Positions 19,079 to 31,286 are shown, numbered from the stretch's first letter. The stretch is 64,000 nt of DNA from Clostridium sediminicola (GCF_050402865.1 NZ_BAABMF010000007.1:8141-72140), one strand, 5' to 3'. Notes: a model not told the origin generated them from the letters alone. Program-made: numbers and translations.

Positions 19079-20962
19079 TTAATTATATTTCTTATATGTC
19101 ACAAAAACCTTATCATTCATCAACTTTATTTCTACTTTCGTACCTTTTTCTAATGGAATAAACTCTATACTCCCTTTAAATTCGTATTTTGCAATTGATG
19201 AGACAATAGATACACCTAAACTATCCATATTATTTTTTTCAAAATCTTTTGGTAATCCAACCCCATTATCTTCCACTGATAATAAAACAACATCTTTTAG
19301 ACGTTTACATCTCACAGCAATAATTCCCTTGCTCTCACCAATAAAAGCATGTTTCAAACAATTACTAATTAATTCGTTTATTATTAAAGCAATTGAAGTA
19401 GCTTTATTATAAGGTATAAATATATCATCTAACTCTAAACATATATCTAACTCTACATTCATAGATTTAAAAAAACTTGAAATTCTTACTACTATATCCT
19501 TTATATTTATAATACTTCTCCCTAATTTATCTGTAGCCAAAAGATCATGAACCGCAGCAATACTCTTTATGCGTGAAATAATATTATCAAGAATATTATC
19601 TAACTCATAACTTTTTTCTTTCTCTCCTACTTTCTTCTGCAAAGCTATAAGATTAACAATCGATTGAAGATTGTTTTTAATTCTATGATGACTCTCTTGA
19701 AGCAAAGCTGACCTACCCATCAACCTTGTATCTTCAATTGCAATTGCAGCATGCCGTACAAAAGCAGATAAGTATTTCGCTTCATCTCTGGAATGAGCAT
19801 ATAGTCTTTCGTAGTATATTTGAATAATTCCAGTTACACGAGATCTTATCAAAACAGGAACACAAATGATTGTCTTGACTTTATTGTTTAATTCAAAAAT
19901 TGAGAGATAATCTTTTTCACGTTTATTTGAATAATATAAATCATTTTTATGAACTACATTCAGAATAAATTCTTCTTTTAACTTGGCTTGTAATTCCTCT
20001 TTAATTTTAAATTCCAAAGTATCTATAATAGTATTAGTACTCTCATCTATTAAATGAATAGTACAGCCATCCGCATTCATAAATTTAATAACTTGTTTAG
20101 ATAATAATAGCAATACATCTTTTAACTCATATTCGGAAGTCAAAAATTCAGCAGCTCTAAATACTGCATCTAAAACTTCTTCACTCTCATAATCTATTTT
20201 TGTTTCACTTTTTTTATAATTAAATTTTCCTAAAAGATTTAATACTTCCTGAGGATTCTTTTTTGCTTCATCTGCTATAAAAGTTTTTTTCACTACACCT
20301 TCTGATAAAATAGAAATTCTGTCCCCAACTTTTAAAGCTTCTTCCCATTGTTTTGTGACATATAAAATACTTTTGCCTTCATTTTTACATTTATCAATAA
20401 GTTGGTATAACTTTTGAACATACTCTGAACTCAGATCTTCAGTAGGGTTGTACATAATTATAAGTTCTGGATTATTGTAAAATATTTTTGCTATGTAAAC
20501 TATTTTTTTTTGCTCACTTGATAATTTTGAGACTTTTTGCTTATAATTGACACTAAAATTTAAGTCTTCTAATATTCTCATTGCATTTTCTTTAGATCTT
20601 TTCCAATTAATAAAAGGAAAAGGTCTTTTTTTAGGAAAATAATTCAACACTATATTTTCGTAAACTGATAGTGTATCTACTAATGTAGACTCCTGAAATA
20701 AAAATGAGATATCTTTATTGGTATTAATTTGATTCATATCTAAATTTTCTTCTTTAAATATTACTTTACCTAATACATCCTTTTCTTCTCCCGAGATAGA
20801 TTTAATAAATGTTCTTGTAATAGAATCATTGCTCCCTACCAACGCGTGTACTTCACTAGATTTTATGTTTAGATTTAAACCTTTTAGATTATCTCCTACC
20901 AAATTAACACTTTTTAGATTTTCAATTTTGAAAATAAAGTCTCCCAAAGCAAACACCTTCAC
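19079..20962 (-). CDS. cytoplasmic sensor histidine kinase with an N-terminal degenerate ABC nucleotide-binding-like domain, a GAF domain, and HisKA_2 and HATPase_c domains
   Basis: Residues 1 to about 230 are collinear with the second NBD of RbsA-type ATPases, but Walker A is GSNDSITRT, Walker B is IIMYNPTEDL (no Asp-Glu) and the signature motif is LSSEQKK. A central GAF-like region follows. The H-box ESHHRIKNNLQSIVNLIALQ is HisKA_2/HWE type. HATPase_c motifs are ELISNCLKHAF and DNGVGLP. No TM segments are present. Confidence 0.8.
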   Translation of the reverse strand: MKVFALGDFIFKIENLKSVNLVGDNLKGLNLNIKSSEVHALVGSNDSITRTFIKSISGEEKDVLGKVIFKEENLDMNQINTNKDISFLFQESTLVDTLSVYENIVLNYFPKKRPFPFINWKRSKENAMRILEDLNFSVNYKQKVSKLSSEQKKIVYIAKIFYNNPELIIMYNPTEDLSSEYVQKLYQLIDKCKNEGKSILYVTKQWEEALKVGDRISILSEGVVKKTFIADEAKKNPQEVLNLLGKFNYKKSETKIDYESEEVLDAVFRAAEFLTSEYELKDVLLLLSKQVIKFMNADGCTIHLIDESTNTIIDTLEFKIKEELQAKLKEEFILNVVHKNDLYYSNKREKDYLSIFELNNKVKTIICVPVLIRSRVTGIIQIYYERLYAHSRDEAKYLSAFVRHAAIAIEDTRLMGRSALLQESHHRIKNNLQSIVNLIALQKKVGEKEKSYELDNILDNIISRIKSIAAVHDLLATDKLGRSIINIKDIVVRISSFFKSMNVELDICLELDDIFIPYNKATSIALIINELISNCLKHAFIGESKGIIAVRCKRLKDVVLLSVEDNGVGLPKDFEKNNMDSLGVSIVSSIAKYEFKGSIEFIPLEKGTKVEIKLMNDKVFVTYKKYN

Positions 20963-21292
20963 TCTTATAATTTACAATTTTTAATAACAATACTAAACAT
21001 ATACACCATATTTATATGTCCTTTACTTTATTTGAAGTATAATATACTTTTAATTCCAAGTCAATATCTCCCTTACTACGATATTCCATAAAACTACATT
21101 ATAATAAAAATAATTATCCAATTATACTTTACACTTATAATAATAAATTTATAAATTCTTTTAACATAAAAAATCTAAAATAGATAATACCAAATATCTT
21201 TAATACTAAAGCTTTTAATACTTTATTAATATTAGCATTATCTATTTTATTCAGAGAAAATTAACTTTTTATTCCATATCTTTATTTTAAAT

Positions 21293-22735
21293 CTATAATA
21301 TTGGCGATAACAACCGAGCAATAGACTCTTTAAACTGTATTCTTTTACTCCTTTTATCATATAAATTTTTTGTGATTTCTTCTGATTCCTTTATATCTTC
21401 ATTGAATATTTTTTCAATTTCTCCTGCAACATTATGATCATAAATAAAAGCATTAACTTCAAAGTTCAATTTGTAGCTTCTTATGTCCATATTTGCTGTT
21501 CCTACAGATGCAATTTCCCCATCAACCACTATAGTTTTAGCATGTAGAAATCCTTTATTATATTTATAACTTCGAACCCCTGATTTTATTAAATCACCTA
21601 CATAAGAATATGTTGCCCAATATACAAAAGGATGATCAGGCATATTAGGAATCATTATTTTTACATCAACGCCTGACAAAGCTGCTATTCTTAAAGATTC
21701 TAAAATACTATCATCAGGAACAAAGTATGGTGATTGAATATATATTCTCTTTTTAGCCGACTGAATCATTTTCAAATAACCATTTTTAATTTCTTGTTCT
21801 TCAGCATCAGGTCCACTAGTTACTATCTGAATACCTGTAGTTCCACAATCTGCTTTGATAGGAAAATACTTTTTGTGAAAATGAATCTCTTCTTCTGATG
21901 CATATCTCCAATCAAGTAAGAATCTCTTTTGTAGACTATCAACTGCGTCACCACAAATTCTTAAATGAGTATCTCTCCAATATCCAAATATTTTACTACG
22001 TCCTAAATACTCATCACCAATATTAAGACCACCTACATAGCCGATTTTACCATCAATCACAGCAATCTTCCTATGATTTCTATAGTTTACACGAATGTTA
22101 AAGTGCGGTATTTTGGAAGGGAAAAAAATTGCAACCTTCCCTCCAGCTTTTTTTAATTCATCAAAAAAATGCTTTGGAATTGTTCTACCACCCATAGCAT
22201 CATAAAGAAGTCGTACCTTAATCCCCTTCTTAGCCTTTATAATCAGCTCCTCTAAAATTTCATTTCCAATCTTATCAGGCTTATATATATAGTAACCTAT
22301 ATGAATATGATGCTTAGCTCCTCTAATATCTTCAATAAGTTGGGTAAATTTATCATTTCCATTAGTATATATTTTAACACCGTTATTTTGTGTATACAAA
22401 GAATTACTATATCTATAATTCATTCTAACCATATCAATATATCTATCAACTTTTGAGTCATTTATCGTAAGCTTTGCTTGAATCAACTCTTCATTCTGCA
22501 ATAGAAGTTTTTTGTGCAAAGCATCTTCTTCACTTTTTAAATCAAACATTTTTTTCCTATGAAAGTTTTGCCCTAATAATAAGTACAAAAAGAAACCAAT
22601 TCCTGGCAAAATAAACAATACTACTAACCAAGCCCATGTTGATGTTGGATTTCTTCTTTCAATAAAAATTAACAATATTGCAAGTAACATATTTACAATA
22701 AATAGAGTCACAAGAGCAAAATTAAATAAATTCAT
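21293..22735 (-). CDS. cls: cardiolipin synthase
   Basis: Two N-terminal TM helices and two PLD HKD motifs (HRKIAVIDG and HAKTIVVDG). Length is 480 aa. Confidence 0.9.
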   Translation of the reverse strand: MNLFNFALVTLFIVNMLLAILLIFIERRNPTSTWAWLVVLFILPGIGFFLYLLLGQNFHRKKMFDLKSEEDALHKKLLLQNEELIQAKLTINDSKVDRYIDMVRMNYRYSNSLYTQNNGVKIYTNGNDKFTQLIEDIRGAKHHIHIGYYIYKPDKIGNEILEELIIKAKKGIKVRLLYDAMGGRTIPKHFFDELKKAGGKVAIFFPSKIPHFNIRVNYRNHRKIAVIDGKIGYVGGLNIGDEYLGRSKIFGYWRDTHLRICGDAVDSLQKRFLLDWRYASEEEIHFHKKYFPIKADCGTTGIQIVTSGPDAEEQEIKNGYLKMIQSAKKRIYIQSPYFVPDDSILESLRIAALSGVDVKIMIPNMPDHPFVYWATYSYVGDLIKSGVRSYKYNKGFLHAKTIVVDGEIASVGTANMDIRSYKLNFEVNAFIYDHNVAGEIEKIFNEDIKESEEITKNLYDKRSKRIQFKESIARLLSPIL

Positions 22736-22771
22736 ATAATAACTCCTCTCTATATTGATAAACTATTTAAA

Positions 22772-23464
22772 TTATTCCCCATTAACAAAACTTTTTATAA
22801 CTGCTTCATGAACATTCAACTTTTTCAATTCTTCTATTAACGGCGTATTATCATGTTTCAACTCAACAATTTCTGCTGAAACTTTATCATCTATATTTAT
22901 TAACGCATATGTAATATTATGACTTCCAATTTTAGGTTTACCTACGCTTCCATCATTAATCAAAAGTTTTGTACCAAACTCTTTTATAAAAGGTAAATGC
23001 GTATGTGCACAAACTAAAACATCACCATCAAAACTCTCCATTATTTCTTTTGTATCCTCTCCATCCTCGAACAAGTATTGATTCACTTTAGTTGGACTCC
23101 CATGCACAATCTTAATTACTTTGTTATTTACAGTTAAAGTTAAACTCTCCGGAAGTCTTTTTAATAATTTTTTATTCTTCTCAGTAACTTTTTCAACACT
23201 CCAAGGTAATGCGAAATTTCTATTGAAATCAGAATCTTTTATATACTTTACATCATTTGAAGCAACTGCTCTATCATAATTACCACCTATTAACAAAACA
23301 TTTTTTGAACTTATATATTCAATCACTTCATTTTGGTAAGGACCATAGCCTACTAAATCACCAGCACATATAATATTCTCAACATCTCTTTTCTCAATAT
23401 CTTCTAAAACCTTTTTTAATGCTTCTAAATTCCCGTGAATATCTGAAATTACTGCTATTTTCAT
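22772..23464 (-). CDS. metallophosphoesterase (calcineurin-like, YfcE-type)
   Basis: MKIAVISDIHGN.EAL, GDLVGYGP, GNYD and the HTH motif sequence of the calcineurin-like phosphoesterase family. Confidence 0.75.
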   Translation of the reverse strand: MKIAVISDIHGNLEALKKVLEDIEKRDVENIICAGDLVGYGPYQNEVIEYISSKNVLLIGGNYDRAVASNDVKYIKDSDFNRNFALPWSVEKVTEKNKKLLKRLPESLTLTVNNKVIKIVHGSPTKVNQYLFEDGEDTKEIMESFDGDVLVCAHTHLPFIKEFGTKLLINDGSVGKPKIGSHNITYALINIDDKVSAEIVELKHDNTPLIEELKKLNVHEAVIKSFVNGE

Positions 23465-23606
23465 TTAATTACTCCTCCTAATCGAACATAAACACTTAAA
23501 TAATAAAATCTCTTTTATAATAATACCATTTACATAAAAATGTATCAATTAATAAATTCCTATACATAAATAAAGACACCAGCTCTAAACTAGTGTCTGT
23601 AAAAAT

Positions 23607-24524
23607 CTATTCACTTATAACTTTAGGAATATCTCCTGCATTTCTTTCCTCAATATATATCTTCATTTCAGAACCGAAGTTATTCTTAATTTCTTCAATT
23701 TTTTCATTTGCTTCTTCAATCCTTTCAAATGTTCCTGCTTCAACAAGGAATGTTCCATCTTTATCTTTTATTATTCTTGATGATTCTACTCCAAACATTT
23801 CTTCCATAATACCAATCTGCTCTCCATTTGGATATGATGCACTTCTTACTGAGTATATAATTTTTTCAGTAATTTGGTCAGCTTCAGTTAAATTCACAAT
23901 GATTTGCGCTGGGTCCTTATACTCTTGAACCTCAACTTTTACAGGTCCATTAAGTGTAACATTAAATCGTACCATAGAATCATCCATAGTTATTATTTTA
24001 TAAACATCAGATACAAATTTATTTTCTTTTAAAGAATCAAAATACTTTTCTGCAGATAAACCTCTAGCTCCACTAATTGTAAATGTCAATGAATATGGAT
24101 ACTCATTATATTCTACATCAAAGTGAGGCGCAATATCTGCAATAATATTATCATTTGAAATTCCAATAACAATTGATTCTCCTTTACCATTTTCCTTTAT
24201 ATCTATAGAATCTACATCTGCTCCATCTGTAATTTTTCCCCCTGTAACACTTTCCTTATCAATCTGTACAATTTTAACCAACTCACCAATAACAGGAATA
24301 TCAATTATTGAATTTGCGAAAGCCGGTATTGTATTTACACTTAAAGTAAAAGCAACGAATACTGCTGCAGTTGACGCTGCCCCTTTAAACCATTTACTCT
24401 TAGAATTTTTCTTTTTCATTTCATTTCTTCCCTTCATAATACCTTTATTTATAAAATCATCTAATTCATTTGGAATTTCTATATTATCATAATCATTTTT
24501 TAAATCTTTCATATTTTTACTCAA
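23607..24524 (-). CDS. putative anti-sigma factor (single-pass membrane protein with extracytoplasmic domain)
   Basis: It overlaps the ECF sigma gene stop by 8 nt. It has a cytoplasmic N-terminus, one TM helix (AASTAAVFVAFTLSV) and a large external domain. Confidence 0.5.
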   Translation of the reverse strand: MSKNMKDLKNDYDNIEIPNELDDFINKGIMKGRNEMKKKNSKSKWFKGAASTAAVFVAFTLSVNTIPAFANSIIDIPVIGELVKIVQIDKESVTGGKITDGADVDSIDIKENGKGESIVIGISNDNIIADIAPHFDVEYNEYPYSLTFTISGARGLSAEKYFDSLKENKFVSDVYKIITMDDSMVRFNVTLNGPVKVEVQEYKDPAQIIVNLTEADQITEKIIYSVRSASYPNGEQIGIMEEMFGVESSRIIKDKDGTFLVEAGTFERIEEANEKIEEIKNNFGSEMKIYIEERNAGDIPKVISE

Positions 24525-24948
24525 AATTTTCAGCCTCCTTAAGATTTAATTTCAACTTATTCAGTGCCCGATATAAACGACTTTTAACAGTACTCAGCGG
24601 CAGATTCAATATCTGAGAAATATCCTCTAAGGTTCTATCTTCAAAGAATTTCAATAATACAATAGTTTTATACTTATCATCCAAACTATTAATAGCTGTA
24701 TGTAAATCCATCGAATCTTCAATTTCTTTTAAATCATCACTTCCAGCATCATTAGTATATTCATCAATATATACAATTTTTTTAGATTTTTTTATACTGT
24801 TTAATGCAGAATTTATTACAATTCTAGTTAACCACGTGGTAAAAAATTCAGGATTCTTTAATTTTTTTATAGAAATATAGGCTTTGTATACTGCATCTTG
24901 AACTACATCTAATGCCTCATCTTTGTCATTTACATAACTATATGCCAT
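24517..24948 (-). CDS. ECF-type RNA polymerase sigma-70 factor (ATG-initiated ORF; the true start is probably upstream near 25035)
   Basis: Sigma-70 region 2 (DVVQDAVYKAYISIKKL...FTTWLTRIVIN) and region 4 (TLEDISQILNLPLSTVKSRLYRALNKL). Confidence 0.8.
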   Translation of the reverse strand: MAYSYVNDKDEALDVVQDAVYKAYISIKKLKNPEFFTTWLTRIVINSALNSIKKSKKIVYIDEYTNDAGSDDLKEIEDSMDLHTAINSLDDKYKTIVLLKFFEDRTLEDISQILNLPLSTVKSRLYRALNKLKLNLKEAENFE

Positions 24949-25263
24949 TCTATAAATTTTTTCTTTATTATCTTCTATGAGCTCACAAAAACTTTTTTCA
25001 TCACCATTAATGGCTTTAATTACTTTTTTATTCAGAATTACCCCTCCTTACAAGTGGACTAAGCCTTACTCCACCCTGATATCAATTTAATGGATCCATC
25101 ATTATTTGTTTTTATCATTTACACTTATTAGACAAATTATATACTATAAATAGTTTCAATGTTTTTTATTTATTTTAATAATTTTGAAATAATAAAATAT
25201 CAACTAAAATTTCTAGATAAAACACACTTTTAAATGGTATTATATAATAGATAAACATTACGA

Positions 25264-25435
25264 AAACTTAATTTATACATGTCCAAAATCTCAGGCATTA
25301 ATGAATTTTGGACTTGTATAAATTTATAGTTGAAGTTGTTTATCTCTATAGATATAGAGAATCCTATGTTAAACTTAATTTATACTTGTATCAAAATCTC
25401 GACGTATCAACGAGTTTTGGACACGTATAAATTAA
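25264..25435. repeat. Two tandem copies of the 60-95 bp palindromic dispersed element (family B), separated by the palindrome TATCTCTATAGATATAGAGA
   Basis: Copy 1 at 25264-25345 has arms TTTATACATGTCCAAAAT / ATTTTGGACTTGTATAAA. Copy 2 at 25371-25435 is a degenerate version. Both share the 5' leader AAACTTAATTTATAC. Confidence 0.8.
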
Positions 25436-25477
25436 TAGTTTAACTGGAATCTCTACAATAAATAGACATTATGCAAC

Positions 25478-27406
25478 ATGAAAGGAATGTATATGAATTT
25501 ATTAACTATTGAAAATATAAGCAAAAGCTATAGCGAAAAAGTTTTATTGAATAACATCTCCCTAGGAATTGAAGATGGTGACAAAATTGGTTTAATTGGA
25601 ATTAACGGCACAGGTAAATCTACTTTTCTAAAAATAGTAGCTGGTTTAGAATATGAAGATAGCGGCAAAATCACTAAGGGTAACAATATTAGAATTGAAT
25701 ATCTTTCACAAAATCCATTTATGGATAATAACGCAACTGTCTTAGAACAGGTTTTCAAAGGTGATTCTTCTTTGATGGTTTTACTAAGAGAATATGAAAC
25801 TGTATTAGAAAAATTAAATTTAGATCCTCTGAATGCCAAATTTCAAAATCAATTAACAAATTTAAACCTAAAAATGGATGCTGCAAATGCATGGAAAGTA
25901 GAAAATGAAGCAAAAACTATCCTTACAAAATTAGGCGTTTCAAATTTTGAAGCTAAAATTGGCACTCTATCAGGTGGTCAGAAAAAGCGTATTGCGCTAG
26001 CTTCTACATTAATATCACCTGCAGATCTTTTAATACTTGACGAGCCTACAAACCATTTAGATAATGATACTATTGAATGGCTTGAAAAATTGTTGAATAA
26101 TCGTAAAGGCGCGCTATTAATGATAACACATGATAGATATTTTCTAGATAGAATAACAAACAAGATTATTGAATTAGATAAAGGTAATCTATACAGTTAC
26201 AAAGGTAATTATTCAGTATTTCTTCAAAAAAAAGCTGAAAGATTAGAGCTTGAAGCTGCAAATGAAAGTAAAAGACAAAATCTATATAGAAGAGAATTAG
26301 CTTGGATAAAAAGAGGTGCAAAAGCAAGAACAACTAAACAAAAGGCTAGAATAGATAGATTCGAAAAAATAAAAGACTCCAAAGTTGATATTAACGAAGA
26401 AAAAGTACAAATTTCTTCAGCTAGCAGCAGATTGGGTAAAAAAATTATTGAAATCGAGAATTTAAGTAAAAGTTATGATGATCTCAAACTGATTGATGAT
26501 TTTAGTTATATTTTACTTAGAGATGACAGAATAGGTATCGTCGGTGCTAATGGTATAGGTAAGTCTACATTGATGAATTTAATTTATGGAAAAACCTCTC
26601 CTGATACTGGCATGATAGACATAGGTGAAACTGTAAAAATCGGTTATTATTCTCAAGAAACTTCACATATGGATGAAACCTTACGTGTAATTGAATATAT
26701 TAAAGAAATTGCAGAATTCATAACAACTGCTGATGGAAGCAAAATAAGTGCTTCTCAAATGCTTGAAAGATTTTTATTTCCACCTTCAGCTCAATGGACA
26801 TATATCGGTAAACTTTCTGGTGGTGAAAAACGAAGACTTTATTTATTAAAAGTTCTAATGGATGCTCCTAATGTTTTATTTTTAGATGAACCTACAAATG
26901 ACTTGGATATCGAAACTCTAACTATCTTAGAAGATTACCTTGATAATTTTCACGGACCTATAATAGCAGTTTCACATGATAGATATTTTCTTGATAGAAT
27001 CGCTAACAAAATATTTTCTTTTGAGGGAAATGGGAAAATCACGAAGTATATAGGTGATTACTCAAATTATTGTGAAATTTCTAAAGAAAATAATGAAGCT
27101 AAACTCAAAACTGAGTCTTCTGAAAAAACTAGTATAAGAAAAAATAATGAAAATAAAAAAGAAAAGCCTTTAAAATTTTCTTATAATGAAAGAAGAGAAT
27201 TTGAAGAAATAGATTCTATAATCGAAACCATCGAAAACTCTTTGGTTGAAGTAGAAGAGAAGATAAATGGTGCTGGAAGTAACTACGGACTTTTACAAGA
27301 ACTCTTGTCTGAAAAAGAAAAACACGAGAAAGAATTAGAAGAAAAAATGGATAGATGGGCTTATTTAAATGAATTGAATGAGAAAATAAATGAAGCAAAA
27401 AATTAG
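25478..27406 (+). CDS. ABC-F family ATPase (Uup/EttA-like, tandem NBDs with C-terminal coiled coil)
   Basis: Two complete NBDs ([28 protein letters not shown] and GANGIGKST/LSGGEKRR/LFLDEPTNDLD). There is an inter-domain linker and no TM domain. The C-terminal region is charged and coiled-coil-like. Confidence 0.9.
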   Translation: MKGMYMNLLTIENISKSYSEKVLLNNISLGIEDGDKIGLIGINGTGKSTFLKIVAGLEYEDSGKITKGNNIRIEYLSQNPFMDNNATVLEQVFKGDSSLMVLLREYETVLEKLNLDPLNAKFQNQLTNLNLKMDAANAWKVENEAKTILTKLGVSNFEAKIGTLSGGQKKRIALASTLISPADLLILDEPTNHLDNDTIEWLEKLLNNRKGALLMITHDRYFLDRITNKIIELDKGNLYSYKGNYSVFLQKKAERLELEAANESKRQNLYRRELAWIKRGAKARTTKQKARIDRFEKIKDSKVDINEEKVQISSASSRLGKKIIEIENLSKSYDDLKLIDDFSYILLRDDRIGIVGANGIGKSTLMNLIYGKTSPDTGMIDIGETVKIGYYSQETSHMDETLRVIEYIKEIAEFITTADGSKISASQMLERFLFPPSAQWTYIGKLSGGEKRRLYLLKVLMDAPNVLFLDEPTNDLDIETLTILEDYLDNFHGPIIAVSHDRYFLDRIANKIFSFEGNGKITKYIGDYSNYCEISKENNEAKLKTESSEKTSIRKNNENKKEKPLKFSYNERREFEEIDSIIETIENSLVEVEEKINGAGSNYGLLQELLSEKEKHEKELEEKMDRWAYLNELNEKINEAKN

Positions 27407-27407
27407 T

Positions 27408-27505
27408 TAACAGCTCACAGTTGACAGTAAAGGATACCTTTCACTTTGTGGAAGCTTTAAATCATCCTTTACTGTCAACTGTCACCTGAGCACTGTCAAC
27501 TAACT
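27408..27505. terminator. Bidirectional terminator: a 19-bp-stem hairpin (ACAGTTGACAGTAAAGGAT ... ATCCTTTACTGTCAACTGT) built from family-A heptamer repeats
   Basis: Read directly from the sequence. It lies between two convergent ABC-F genes. Confidence 0.7.
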
Positions 27506-27507
27506 AA

Positions 27508-29145
<1,638 letters not shown>

Positions 29146-29370
29146 TTATTAATTCATAATGCACAATTGATGACACCTTTCTATTATATAGAAAGCTTTT
29201 AATTTAAGTAAAAGCTAAAATAATTATTTTTGCGTCAACAAAAGTACTTTATTATTGCAATCTGCAAAGCAGATAATAGCTTAGTTTAAAGATTCTCTGC
29301 AAGAAAATCACCATTAACTGTGCATTGTGCACTGTGCAATTATAACATACTTTATAACACTGAACAAACC

Positions 29371-30330
29371 TTATTTACTAATCAAACTAGCTAAATTAAG
29401 AAGTTCTTCATCAAAAGATTGCTTTTGCGATAATGCCACATCAATATCTTCATCAAATATCTTTCCAGCACTTATTCCTACAACTCTTGATGATTTACCT
29501 TGGATTAATACTCTAACTGCTTTAGCTCCAAGTTTTGATGCTAGTATAACATCATTAACAGTAGGACTACCCCCTCTTTGAATATGTCCTAAGATTGTAA
29601 TTCTTGTTCCTATACCAGTAACTTCTTGGACTGTTCTAGACAATTTTTCAGCTCCGCCAACCCCTTCGGCTAAAATCACCAAGTTATGTCTCTTTCCTAA
29701 CATTTTCCCTTCTAACAACGTTTTGCATAGTTGATCTACATCAAACTCTTTTTCAGGGACTATTATACTTAATGCTCCTCCTGCAACTCCTGCATAAAGA
29801 GCTAAATCTCCACAATTTCTTCCCATAACTTCAACAATACTAACTTGTCCATGAGAAGAAGATGTATCTCTCAGTTTCTTAATAGCATCTAAAGCAGTGT
29901 TTGCTGCTGTATCAAAACCTATAGTAGCATCTGTATAAGCTAAATCATTATCTATAGTTCCTGGAACTCCTACTGTTTTTATACCTAATTTTGATAATTC
30001 TCTAGCCCCTTGAAATGATCCATCTCCACCTATAACAACGAGCCCATCAATTCCATATACTTTTAGTATATTAAATGCTTTTTTTCTACCTTCCTCTGTC
30101 ATGAATTCTTTACACCTTGCAGTTCTTAAAATTGTTCCACCTCTTTGGATAATATCGCAAACACTATTTGAATTTAGTTCTGTTATTTCACCATTTATTA
30201 AACCTCTATATCCTCTTTGAATACCCATAACTTTCAGTCCATTACCTACACCATACCTAACCACTGCCCTTATAGCTGCATTCATGCCAGGCGCATCTCC
30301 ACCAGAAGTTAATACCGCAATTGTCTTCAT
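29371..30330 (-). CDS. pfkA: ATP-dependent 6-phosphofructokinase
   Basis: [30 protein letters not shown], and MGR plus PGTIDND motifs. Confidence 0.9.
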   Translation of the reverse strand: MKTIAVLTSGGDAPGMNAAIRAVVRYGVGNGLKVMGIQRGYRGLINGEITELNSNSVCDIIQRGGTILRTARCKEFMTEEGRKKAFNILKVYGIDGLVVIGGDGSFQGARELSKLGIKTVGVPGTIDNDLAYTDATIGFDTAANTALDAIKKLRDTSSSHGQVSIVEVMGRNCGDLALYAGVAGGALSIIVPEKEFDVDQLCKTLLEGKMLGKRHNLVILAEGVGGAEKLSRTVQEVTGIGTRITILGHIQRGGSPTVNDVILASKLGAKAVRVLIQGKSSRVVGISAGKIFDEDIDVALSQKQSFDEELLNLASLISK

Positions 30331-30455
30331 CTTATCTCCTCCAAAGCCTATACGTAAATTTTTCCTATTAATTATAACTATTTTACAATAATGATCAAAT
30401 ATTTACAACATCTGTAGTTATAAAGCTATAAAAAAAGAATGCATTACGCATCCTT

Positions 30456-31076
30456 TTAACTCTTTGATAAATCAAATTCTTCTATATATTCTATTTGCTC
30501 ATTTTTAAAATTTTTAAGCGTTTCAATGTCTTCTTTTTCTCTAGGACTTTTGGTTTCTATGCCTAATACTTTCCATTCAGCATTCTCTTTACTAAAAGTA
30601 TATTTTGTAAAAACTGTAATTTCTTTATTCACCTTTTCTAAAGTTTTATTTGTCTTTAAAAAAATATATTTAAAGCTCACGTCAGGCTCTTCATAAACTC
30701 CTGATATTGCAATAGGTTCATAAGTTATCTTCCCAACAGTTTTATTAACAGACTCATTCAAATTGTCAATTAATTTTTCTACTTCTTCATCAGTTATGTT
30801 CTCTAGATCGCTTTCTGTATACTCTCTACCCTCAAATCCAAAAATAGCTCTTTGGTTTTCAGAAAATTTACTAGAAAAAATACTTTGAACATTATTCCTA
30901 TAATCAGTAAGAGAAATCTCATTATTTAAAAGGTCATATTTGTTCTGTTCACTGTATATAACCATATCCAAAAGAAGTCTCTCCTCTTCACTTAGTTTTT
31001 TGTATTCATCGGTACTACACCCCACTATTGTATATATAATTACCAAACTTAGTAAAATCATTATTAATCGTTTCAC
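30456..31076 (-). CDS. hypothetical lipoprotein
   Basis: Signal peptide with a lipobox (IVGCSTDE). The mature part is acidic and repeat-free. Confidence 0.5.
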   Translation of the reverse strand: MKRLIMILLSLVIIYTIVGCSTDEYKKLSEEERLLLDMVIYSEQNKYDLLNNEISLTDYRNNVQSIFSSKFSENQRAIFGFEGREYTESDLENITDEEVEKLIDNLNESVNKTVGKITYEPIAISGVYEEPDVSFKYIFLKTNKTLEKVNKEITVFTKYTFSKENAEWKVLGIETKSPREKEDIETLKNFKNEQIEYIEEFDLSKS

Positions 31077-31223
31077 TAAAATCCCTCCATTTTAATATAT
31101 CACTATTAAAAGTAACTTTACCTCATTGATTACTCATAGTATAATTACTATTATTTTACATTAAATATAACACAATCCTTTTATATAGTCAAACTTACTA
31201 TATAATGATTTTATTTTTACCAC

Positions 31224-31259
31224 AAAGAAAGAGAGCTATTATATCAGCTCTCTTTCTTT
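31224..31259. terminator. 14-bp-stem hairpin AAAGAAAGAGAGCT-attatat-CAGCTCTCTTTCTTT downstream of the flotillin gene
   Basis: Read directly from the sequence. Confidence 0.55.
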
Positions 31260-31286
31260 AGATTAATTTATTCTTCTATAAATTTT

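Noticed and set aside
29172-29200. Hairpin CTTTCTAT-tata-ATAGAAAG plus T-run as a plus-strand terminator.
   Set aside because: No plus-strand gene ends upstream of it. It lies in the 5' region of the minus-strand ABC-F gene, so a terminator role on the plus strand is unsupported. It may be an incidental AT-rich palindrome.
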